Source: a virus. Taken from it: DNA of 64,000 bases. The stretch lies in IMG/VR virus record IMGVR_UViG_3300028586_000750; one strand, given 5' to 3'. Every line of letters begins with the position of its first letter. The first letter of the stretch is position 1. Positions 56,829-63,695 of the stretch are shown here, in pieces. Both the position numbers and the translations under genes were made by a program. The notes beneath the pieces are model-generated. The model had not been told where the DNA came from, searched no databases, and saw nothing but the letters and a program-made list of their open reading frames with translations.

Positions 56829-57185
56829 TTACCACTCAGATTTTACCCATTCAGGCTCTTTGACGCCCTCAGGGATTTGGACACCTTTCCAGTTACATGC
56901 AAGGTATCTAGCTGTACTGTCTGCTTTCTGGAAACAAGGAATTTTTACACCGTCAGCTTTAATCCACTCTAGCTCTAGCTGTTCTGAATTCTCATCAGTC
57001 TTAGTGAGAGAAGGCGCAAGAGTTTCAAAATTACATTCTAGGTTAGCACCTGTTTCAAAGCACATAACGTCACCTAATGATGTTCCATACCATTTAATGT
57101 TAGTATCATCGCTCCCGGCTCCACAAGCAGTGAGCGACAGTGTTGCCGCTACAACTAGACCAATAACTAGGCCAATTTTACGCAT
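56829..57185 (-). CDS. Lipoprotein, paired-Cys family
   Basis: LTA|C lipobox; VMC..LECNF and IPC..LACNW. Confidence 0.7.
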   Translation of the reverse strand: MRKIGLVIGLVVAATLSLTACGAGSDDTNIKWYGTSLGDVMCFETGANLECNFETLAPSLTKTDENSEQLELEWIKADGVKIPCFQKADSTARYLACNWKGVQIPEGVKEPEWVKSEW

Positions 57186-57288
57186 TAGGTTTTCTCTCTA
57201 CTTAACCAATAATAATACTCTTAGTTTAGCCTACTAAAAGACGTATGTCAACACACATAAAAATAACCTTTAGGTTTTACCCTAAAGG

Positions 57289-57465
57289 TTACCGCTCTCC
57301 GTTGCGAATAGCATTTTCTTTAATTGCTTTCCTAGTCCTTTGACGATTAGGACGGTTATCATGTGTTCCAGCTTTGTTACCAAAAGCTATATCACGTAAA
57401 CCTTTAGCTAACTCAGGATTAGCTACACGGTAAGATGAGCCGTTATTTTTCTTTTTCTTAGCCAT
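57289..57465 (-). CDS. Small basic protein, GxHDNRP family copy 2 (58 aa)
   Basis: Hand-translated MAKKKKNNGSSYRVANPELAKGLRDIAFGNKAGTHDNRPNRQRTRKAIKENAIRNGER; RBS AAAGGAAAG. Confidence 0.75.
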   Translation of the reverse strand: MAKKKKNNGSSYRVANPELAKGLRDIAFGNKAGTHDNRPNRQRTRKAIKENAIRNGER

Positions 57466-57575
57466 AGCTTTCCTTTCTTAACTATTATGCTTATATTATA
57501 TCGGTATAAAAGTTTATCATAAATAACTAAAGAAGCCACCAACATTGTATATGTTGGTGGCTTCTTTATGCTTGT

Positions 57576-57839
57576 TTAAAGAAAAGATAGAACTACACGG
57601 TAAATTACCCATACTGCAAGCGCAGAAAGAGCAACAATGTGAAGAGCTAATGGCTTTAGAACCTTTTCAAGCTTTCTCGCTTTTGCGTGCCATTTCTGGA
57701 AAAGCTCTTCGCTCTTAGGGAACGTTAGACCATCACGCTTTGTAACAGGTTTAGTGAGCTTGATATATACAAGAGCACCAAAGAAGACAAGCTCTAAGAA
57801 CAAGGCTATTGATAGCAGGGAATAGTCGATAAAAGACAA
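57576..57839 (-). CDS. Small membrane protein
   Basis: Two TM helices; TTG start uncertain. Confidence 0.55.
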   Translation of the reverse strand: MSFIDYSLLSIALFLELVFFGALVYIKLTKPVTKRDGLTFPKSEELFQKWHAKARKLEKVLKPLALHIVALSALAVWVIYRVVLSFL

Positions 57840-57971
57840 GTTTTTTCTCTCGGTAGAAGTTAATGAACTTTGTTAGCTACAGCTTACCTGTTTTTTAAAG
57901 GTAATGCAACCTAAAATGACGAATGGAGCAAACATTTCTGTCTACTCCATTCGTCATTTGTTCTTCAGTGC

Positions 57972-58664
57972 TTAGGCGACAAGCCAATCCGCTACAAGAG
58001 GGATTTGACGGTCAAAGGTCCACTCAGCCTCAGGGTGGAACTGAACAGCCTTGATTGTACCGTCCTCGCTTTCAAGGGCCTCTACAACACCGTCAGTGCT
58101 GTAAGCAGTACCGACAAGGCCGTAACCGAAGTCCTTAACGGACTGGTGGTGAGAGCAACGCACGTCACCCATCTGAGAAAGCATAGGGTCGTCAGTCTCA
58201 ATCGCAGTTACAGCGAAGCGGTCACGAAGCTGCGTGTAGCTCTTGTTCTTGTGGCCGTCAAAGTCCTGAATAAGGCTACCACCAAGGGCAACGTTAATGA
58301 CCTGTAGACCACGGCAGATACCGAAGACACGCTTGCCCTGTAGTGAAGCGTAACGGACAGCTTCCATCTGAATGTAGTCACCCTTTGCAGTGTGAAGACC
58401 ACCGTTAGGGTAAACCCAAGGGCCGTCGTAGAATGCAGGGTGAACGTCCTCACCACCGGGAAGAAGAACAGCGTCAACCTCATCCACAATCTTGTGGATT
58501 TCGTTGATTTCCAGGTTGGAGGCAACCTTAACGATGGGGGTTACCCCAAGCTTCTCAAAATAGGTGCCAAGCGGACCCATGATGTATTCCTTAGCATACG
58601 CGTTGAACGATGCCGAACGGCCAGAGACGCTCGATGCGTCAAGGATAAGAACCTTCTTAGTCAT
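57972..58664 (-). CDS. Peptidase C26 / gamma-glutamyl-gamma-aminobutyrate hydrolase-like class I glutamine amidotransferase
   Basis: LLPGGEDVHP.FY, FGICRGLQVINVALGGSLIQD, SHHQSV, VQFHPE. Confidence 0.93.
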   Translation of the reverse strand: MTKKVLILDASSVSGRSASFNAYAKEYIMGPLGTYFEKLGVTPIVKVASNLEINEIHKIVDEVDAVLLPGGEDVHPAFYDGPWVYPNGGLHTAKGDYIQMEAVRYASLQGKRVFGICRGLQVINVALGGSLIQDFDGHKNKSYTQLRDRFAVTAIETDDPMLSQMGDVRCSHHQSVKDFGYGLVGTAYSTDGVVEALESEDGTIKAVQFHPEAEWTFDRQIPLVADWLVA

Positions 58665-58776
58665 TATCTTTTCCTTCTTCTCTCAGTGGTTTTTCTCTCT
58701 AAGTACAGTCTTACAGAGTTTCTATGATTATGCAACTGCAAATAGATTTTTCTTACAAAATCTTGGTTATTAACCT

Positions 58777-58818
58777 AGTATAGCAACTTATACACAGGTT
58801 GTCAACAGGTTATGCACA
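58777..58818 (-). promoter_or_regulatory. Sigma70 promoter overlapped by three DnaA-box-like 9-mers
   Basis: Minus strand TTGACA-N17-TATACT; plus strand TTATACACA (58788), TTGTCAACA (58799), TTATGCACA (58810). Confidence 0.6.
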
Positions 58819-58838
58819 GTTTATTTGGCTATTTATAC

Positions 58839-59192
58839 CTACCAAGTTGTAGGATGCCAGGAATAGTATCCGTCATTACCGTACTTAGTGAAACCATTTT
58901 TCACATAAAACTTGATAACATCATCAGAAGAAACATTCTCAATCTTCTCTGGGAACAAAATTACAGGAAGCTGAACCAGCAAAGCTAGCGCTTGAATTTG
59001 GTTAAGAGCTTTAGTGCCATGCCCTTGCTTTTGCTCCTGAACAGGAACACTAATAAGTCTTACGTGAATGTGCTTGTATTTCTGTGAAACAAAAGCGTCA
59101 ACTACAGTGGATGATTTATTCAAAGCTTTCATGCGTATAAGGGAAAAGACATACTTGAAAACTAGTGCCTTAAACGCGATAAGTGAGAACAT
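58839..59192 (-). CDS. GNAT-family acetyltransferase
   Basis: ISVPVQEQKQGHGTKAL (motif A) and KFYVKNGF; leaderless. Confidence 0.75.
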   Translation of the reverse strand: MFSLIAFKALVFKYVFSLIRMKALNKSSTVVDAFVSQKYKHIHVRLISVPVQEQKQGHGTKALNQIQALALLVQLPVILFPEKIENVSSDDVIKFYVKNGFTKYGNDGYYSWHPTTW

Positions 59193-59252
59193 GCTTGTTA
59201 GTGTATCAGATGTGTTCTTGAAAATCTACTCTATTTATGCTAGCATGAAGAT

Positions 59253-59666
59253 ATGCGTACTTTATCTAAAAAGTTACTTATCTTACCCGTAATTGCTGGT
59301 CTAGCATTAGGCTTAGCAGCTTGTTCTAGCGAAATAAGCACAGCAGAAGATGGCACTGTTTCTGCTGCACATGCAGAGGACAATACAGCAACTAAAGATG
59401 TGAATGAGGCAGTGCAGCCTATTACATTTTCTTTCCCTGATGATAGTACCGTAAACTGCCTTTTCAGTAGTTCGAGGAGAGCGTTAGGTCTTTCCTGTGA
59501 TTGGGACAGTGCTGGTCCCGCTGGAAATACAGTTGAAAAATATCTAATTTTTGATGACATGGATGCCGAATTCACCACTAGCGTTGAAGAAATCAATGGT
59601 CAAGAAGTCCGATGCATCAACTATACTGCTGCTAACTACCGTGGAGATTTAGTCTGTGACTTATAA
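59253..59666 (+). CDS. Lipoprotein, paired-Cys family
   Basis: LAA|C lipobox; TVNC..LSCDW and VRC..LVCDL; leaderless. Confidence 0.75.
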   Translation: MRTLSKKLLILPVIAGLALGLAACSSEISTAEDGTVSAAHAEDNTATKDVNEAVQPITFSFPDDSTVNCLFSSSRRALGLSCDWDSAGPAGNTVEKYLIFDDMDAEFTTSVEEINGQEVRCINYTAANYRGDLVCDL

Positions 59667-60174
59667 GACATATGGTATTTATTCTCAATTCCTCATTAAA
59701 CCCCTTGATGTGCGCTTAAATTGCCATACCAAAAATAGGGATGCTATTGTTGCGGCTGATTTGCTAGTAACTAAACGCTATCTTTCCACTGCCGCTTCAA
59801 CCGTAGTTTTCATGACTATGTTTTTTAAAACCTTGTATGAAATGGAAGAAGACAGCTTCCTTAAAGCGGATGATCGTCTGGTTTCTGCTTTATTGCATGC
59901 AACTGTCTCTTACGGAAGAGTTTATGCAACTGACAAATTAGTCATTCCTGAGCATGAACTGTGTGTAGAAGAAATTGTTCAACTATTTCGCACATCTTTG
60001 TCTTCCAAGGACGATATTTACTTATCAATGGCATCATTGCCTCGTCATGATAGTAAACAGGTTGTTAAATATGCTGTGCGTATGGAAACAATGGAATATT
60101 TTGATGACGAAGATTTGATGGAATACGACGATAGCGATATTGATTCACAGAATAGGAGGATCACAAATGAGTAA
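59656..60174 (+). CDS. Hypothetical protein
   Basis: Coupled ORF with acidic tail. Confidence 0.55.
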   Translation: MTYKTYGIYSQFLIKPLDVRLNCHTKNRDAIVAADLLVTKRYLSTAASTVVFMTMFFKTLYEMEEDSFLKADDRLVSALLHATVSYGRVYATDKLVIPEHELCVEEIVQLFRTSLSSKDDIYLSMASLPRHDSKQVVKYAVRMETMEYFDDEDLMEYDDSDIDSQNRRITNE

Positions 60175-60415
60175 TATTTTAGTTACTTTTGAATACAATG
60201 CAAGCACTTGGAGCTTTGCGGACGCTGAGGAACATGCAACTGTCGTTGCTCGTGACCTCGGTGGAGAAATTGACGAAACAATTTCAGATGACGACGAAGT
60301 GCACCAAATCATTGTTCTTGTAGAAGACAGTACAGTTGTTGATGTTCGTGAAGGACTATACGAACTTTCCGCAGCACAAGATGACGTAACTTACAAAGTT
60401 GAAGCAGAAGATTAA
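60167..60415 (+). CDS. Small acidic protein (ferredoxin/ACT-like pattern)
   Basis: RBS AGGAGG; start MSNILV. Confidence 0.65.
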   Translation: MSNILVTFEYNASTWSFADAEEHATVVARDLGGEIDETISDDDEVHQIIVLVEDSTVVDVREGLYELSAAQDDVTYKVEAED

Positions 60416-60836
60416 TTTACCTCAGATAGCCACTAATCTTTCCGATAAGATAGACATGGTTTACAAATTTGAAGTTGAAGTACCCCTTACACAAAGCAGC
60501 ATTGAGAACATGACTGGTGCTCTTATTGATGATAAGGATTATGAGCTTCTAGGCGAGAGCTTACAGGAAGTTTCAATCAGTAAAACTCTTTATGTTGTTG
60601 AAGAAGAAGCGTTAGCTTTGTTGGTTAAAGAGGGTTTGACTGGTGATTTAGCGGATATTCGCTATGAAGAGGTATTTGCTTTGGAAGCCTACCTGTCAAA
60701 TACCCACGGTAGCGTCCCAGTGTCCCTTCTAAAGCCTTTGACTAGCTTAATCGAGGAAATACCTACACTACTCTTAGCAGCCTCGTTAGAAGGCAGTTTA
60801 CTGCGTTTTAGTCAATTTCAACCCGAAGAAAATTAG
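60399..60836 (+). CDS. Hypothetical acidic protein
   Basis: Coupled ORF; start uncertain. Confidence 0.55.
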   Translation: MKQKINLPQIATNLSDKIDMVYKFEVEVPLTQSSIENMTGALIDDKDYELLGESLQEVSISKTLYVVEEEALALLVKEGLTGDLADIRYEEVFALEAYLSNTHGSVPVSLLKPLTSLIEEIPTLLLAASLEGSLLRFSQFQPEEN

Positions 60837-60849
60837 TTTCAAATAAGAG

Positions 60850-60879
60850 TTGCATCTAGCCAAGCTTTACCCCTATACT
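60850..60879 (+). promoter_or_regulatory. Sigma70-type promoter of the 43-aa peptide
   Basis: TTGCAT-N18-TATACT. Confidence 0.65.
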
Positions 60880-60931
60880 CGTAATAACGAGGCAAGCACC
60901 CTGCTAAGCCTCTTACGTAAAGGAAAAGCTA

Positions 60932-61063
60932 ATGAAGGTTCTCGGACTGGTCGCAGTGATGACTTCCCTTGGTTTCAGCGCGGTTACCCCCGTTGCAGAG
61001 ATTGAGACTAACGTCACCATCGTTTCCGTTTCAGGCTCTGCGGGTATCCTCGCGGACGCGTAA
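60932..61063 (+). CDS. 43-aa secreted-type peptide, paralogue of 14976..15110
   Basis: Hand-translated MKVLGLVAVMTSLGFSAVTPVAEIETNVTIVSVSGSAGILADA; RBS AAAGGAAAA. Confidence 0.8.
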   Translation: MKVLGLVAVMTSLGFSAVTPVAEIETNVTIVSVSGSAGILADA

Positions 61064-61074
61064 CCTTCGTTAGA

Positions 61075-61118
61075 AAGGAAAGGGCCTCACCAGAATTAAC
61101 TGGTGAGGCCCTTTCCTT
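61075..61118. terminator. CCTCACCAG-variant palindrome
   Basis: 19-bp stem, AATTAA loop, convergent genes. Confidence 0.85.
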
Positions 61119-61147
61119 ATGCCGTGTAAAAAGACATAGATTATGTT

Positions 61148-61927
61148 TTAGTTATCGTTGAAAGTGACAGCTAGTTCATCAAGACGAGACTGAACAGCAA
61201 TCAAGTGACGGTTAAAGCGGTAGAAACCATCTTCACTAATCCTGTCCTGAATAGCTTTAGCTTGTTCGCGGAAAACAGAAATGAGTGGAGTGTACTTTTT
61301 AACCAAATGAATAGTCATGCTTTTATTAGCGGACGTGTAGTGAAGGCTACCTGCGTTATCGTAAAAGTCAGCAAACTTCACAAGGAAAACAGGGAAGTCG
61401 TTAGTGATAGCCTCTTCAACATGCTGAGCGTAAATAGCACGTTTTTCATCTTTGGTCAATGAAGCAGCATCAGGGTTAATAGGGTTAGAGACAGCTAAAA
61501 CAATACGGCCAACTTCCGCCCCAAAACGACCTGAAAGGAATGAGATAGCTCGCATACGAACATCTTCTTCACTTAGACCCGTTGCGTCTTGACCAGCTAA
61601 ATCTTCAACAATTTCATTAGGGTGGTCCTCTACAGTGTCATGGAGGACAGCGGCAATAAGGATATCAACATCAACAATGTGATAGTAACGAAGAAGACGC
61701 AAAGTGTTACGAAGAGGATGCGTGATATAAGTATCACGAGGCAATCCACCACGGTTAGCGCGAGTGTCATCACGATGTAGGTATGATGCGATTGAAATGG
61801 ACTCGCTTAAATCATCCAAACGAGCAACATTACGTTCACGAGCTAGCTCCATGATAGCAGCAGCTAGTAACGAGCCGTCCATCTTTTTTAGTGGAAGGGA
61901 ACTGATTTTCTCATATAGTGTCTTCAT
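61148..61927 (-). CDS. Stand-alone RelA/SpoT-type HD hydrolase (Mesh1/SAH-like)
   Basis: H...TR...YITHP, AAVLHDTVED, VKFADFYDN; no synthetase domain. Confidence 0.85.
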   Translation of the reverse strand: MKTLYEKISSLPLKKMDGSLLAAAIMELARERNVARLDDLSESISIASYLHRDDTRANRGGLPRDTYITHPLRNTLRLLRYYHIVDVDILIAAVLHDTVEDHPNEIVEDLAGQDATGLSEEDVRMRAISFLSGRFGAEVGRIVLAVSNPINPDAASLTKDEKRAIYAQHVEEAITNDFPVFLVKFADFYDNAGSLHYTSANKSMTIHLVKKYTPLISVFREQAKAIQDRISEDGFYRFNRHLIAVQSRLDELAVTFNDN

Positions 61928-61958
61928 ATTTCATCATAACACACTTTTTATATAAAAT

Positions 61959-62399
61959 CTACCTGCGTCGTACTTTACGTAAAGACTTAACAATACCAAC
62001 AACAGCAAGAATAAGACCTAAACCAAACAGACCGGCAGAAACAAAGAACCAAATTTGCGCTTGGTCGCCAGTTCCATCAACAAGAACATCAGGGCTACCA
62101 TCAGAATAGAAAACATCTAACTTGTAAGGTCCACCCTCTTCCTTATAAGGAATTTCAGTTGTAGCAAACGATGGAGCAGCAGCTTCGTATGTGGCATCAC
62201 CAATCTCATACTCAACAGTTGGATAAATTTCATATCCGTTCTTTGTCTCTTCAAAAGCGTAGCTCTTAACTATTGAAGAGACAGATGTGGCATTCGTAGC
62301 TGTGTCTTTAATTTGTAAACCATAGCCGCCAATTGCTGCACCACCTATAAGAGTGATGAGAGTAACGATTGCTAATGTGATTGTGCTCCAAAGTCGCAT
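61959..62399 (-). CDS. DUF3592-like membrane protein
   Basis: TM, YPTVEYEIGDATY, V.YSDGSP, C-terminal TM. Confidence 0.6.
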   Translation of the reverse strand: MRLWSTITLAIVTLITLIGGAAIGGYGLQIKDTATNATSVSSIVKSYAFEETKNGYEIYPTVEYEIGDATYEAAAPSFATTEIPYKEEGGPYKLDVFYSDGSPDVLVDGTGDQAQIWFFVSAGLFGLGLILAVVGIVKSLRKVRRR

Positions 62400-63034
62400 T
62401 ATTTTCCTTCTTTAAAAAATTGTTGTATTTGTTGAATGTCAGTAGGAGTAATTCCTTCTGCACTATGTGGTGTGTAAGTTACATGTTTAAGACCAAGAGA
62501 CACTAATTTGTTTTCAGCTTGTTCCGTAGTTGCCGTATCATCAATCCAAACAAATTTTTGCGAGGAATTGATACTCTCTGCTTTTAATAATGCATCCAGC
62601 TTCCCCACGTCTGAACCTTTATGGTCGTTCCATTCTAGGTATCCGACTGAATGAATATTAAAAAGTTTGTCAAGCTTATTTGGTGCTTCATGTCTCCATG
62701 TTGTTAACCAAATGAAATCAACATCTTCTTGCTGTGAAAGCTCACTCAGCTTTTCTGTTGAATGTGAGTTCCAAGATATATCTACTGAACGAGAACCTAA
62801 CCCGAAAAATACACAGTCGTTTAATCGCGCATAAGAGTTCCCTAGAGTTTCCATATCCAAATGTAGACGAAATAATTCATCAAATTCAGCTTCTGAATAA
62901 AACAAAGCAGCAACACCATCAACATCGCAATATACACGATGAGGAGCTTGTAGTGCTTTTATGTCAACACCAGGAATGTAACTAGACATACTTCTAGCAT
63001 AACTTACAAACTTAAAACGCAGCGGAAACGGCAT
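62399..63034 (-). CDS. HAD_SAK-type phosphatase copy 3
   Basis: YCDVDGV, WLTTWR, FVWIDD; start uncertain. Confidence 0.78.
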   Translation of the reverse strand: MPFPLRFKFVSYARSMSSYIPGVDIKALQAPHRVYCDVDGVAALFYSEAEFDELFRLHLDMETLGNSYARLNDCVFFGLGSRSVDISWNSHSTEKLSELSQQEDVDFIWLTTWRHEAPNKLDKLFNIHSVGYLEWNDHKGSDVGKLDALLKAESINSSQKFVWIDDTATTEQAENKLVSLGLKHVTYTPHSAEGITPTDIQQIQQFFKEGK

Positions 63035-63127
63035 TTTTGTTGATATTACAAGCTAATTAAGACAAATTATGTCAGATGTTTTATATCTTGCTGATAGAGT
63101 ATGTATAGGTTTAATTGAAAGGTTATA

Positions 63128-63412
63128 ATGCAAATTCTCAAACCCAAAGTTATTGGGTCAAACCCTAAAGTACCTGATTTACTCAAAAGTTATTACGAAA
63201 AAGACATAACTTTAGATGAGTTGTCAGATGCTTTTAATACCAAAGTAAAATGGGAGCACCGTGGAGTAGAAAACTCTAACCCTAATTGGTCCGCAACAAA
63301 TACATGGGCAACAGTGCATGACGCTTTGGGTGGCTTCTTGTCACAAGACGATTATATGGTTATTGCTCAAAGTTATGAAGACTACCAGGAAAAGGTGACA
63401 GCTAATGACTAA
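63128..63412 (+). CDS. Hypothetical protein
   Basis: RBS GAAAGG. Confidence 0.6.
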   Translation: MQILKPKVIGSNPKVPDLLKSYYEKDITLDELSDAFNTKVKWEHRGVENSNPNWSATNTWATVHDALGGFLSQDDYMVIAQSYEDYQEKVTAND

Positions 63413-63695
63413 TGTCGTAGATGAACAAGGCATCCGTAATTTAGCTAAAGATTATGTTGTGAACATTGTTTTAGCTATTGTGGCTATTATTGCTATTTTC
63501 TTAATTTTTGGTTTCACTTTTGGTACCGGAAGTTTTTCTTTCTTATTCTTACTCATTCCTGTTCTTCCTTTTGGTATTGTGTTTTATTTACGCATGTTAA
63601 AAAGTAAGGACAAGTTTTACAATAAAATTACTATTCATGTAAAGAAGGACGTTCCTGCTCCGGTTGAAGATGAACCAAAAACCGAGGAATTGTAA
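63405..63695 (+). CDS. Membrane protein
   Basis: Two TM helices; coupled. Confidence 0.6.
   Translation: MTNVVDEQGIRNLAKDYVVNIVLAIVAIIAIFLIFGFTFGTGSFSFLFLLIPVLPFGIVFYLRMLKSKDKFYNKITIHVKKDVPAPVEDEPKTEEL

Larger units (their letters stand above)
5951..59151 (+). repeat. Dispersed strand-polarised 11-mer GGGAAAAGACA (18 exact copies)
   Basis: Starts at 5951, 7442, 11170, 12955, 14919, 16813, 18639, 20263, 24277, 25672, 27710, 31951, 33543, 37904, 39843, 45713, 54625, 59141; no exact reverse-complement copy noticed by eye. Confidence 0.9.

Noticed and set aside
18245-57505. Recurring (C/G)CGATA upstream of about 11 genes as a sigma28/WhiG-type -10
   Set aside because: No TAAA -35 at the expected distance in any copy checked. 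About half read equally well as a CG-variant extended -10 (TAnnnT), and enrichment over chance is modest.
3559-61118. Reading the repeated palindromes or the pilin heads as a CRISPR array
   Set aside because: Copies are kilobases apart and separated by whole genes, not 30-40 bp spacers; no cas genes are seen.
3559-61118. Calling the region an integron cassette array or REP/RAYT system outright
   Set aside because: No integron integrase, RAYT or attC R/L boxes (RYYYAAC...GTTRRRY) were recognised; kept only as an analogy in the findings.
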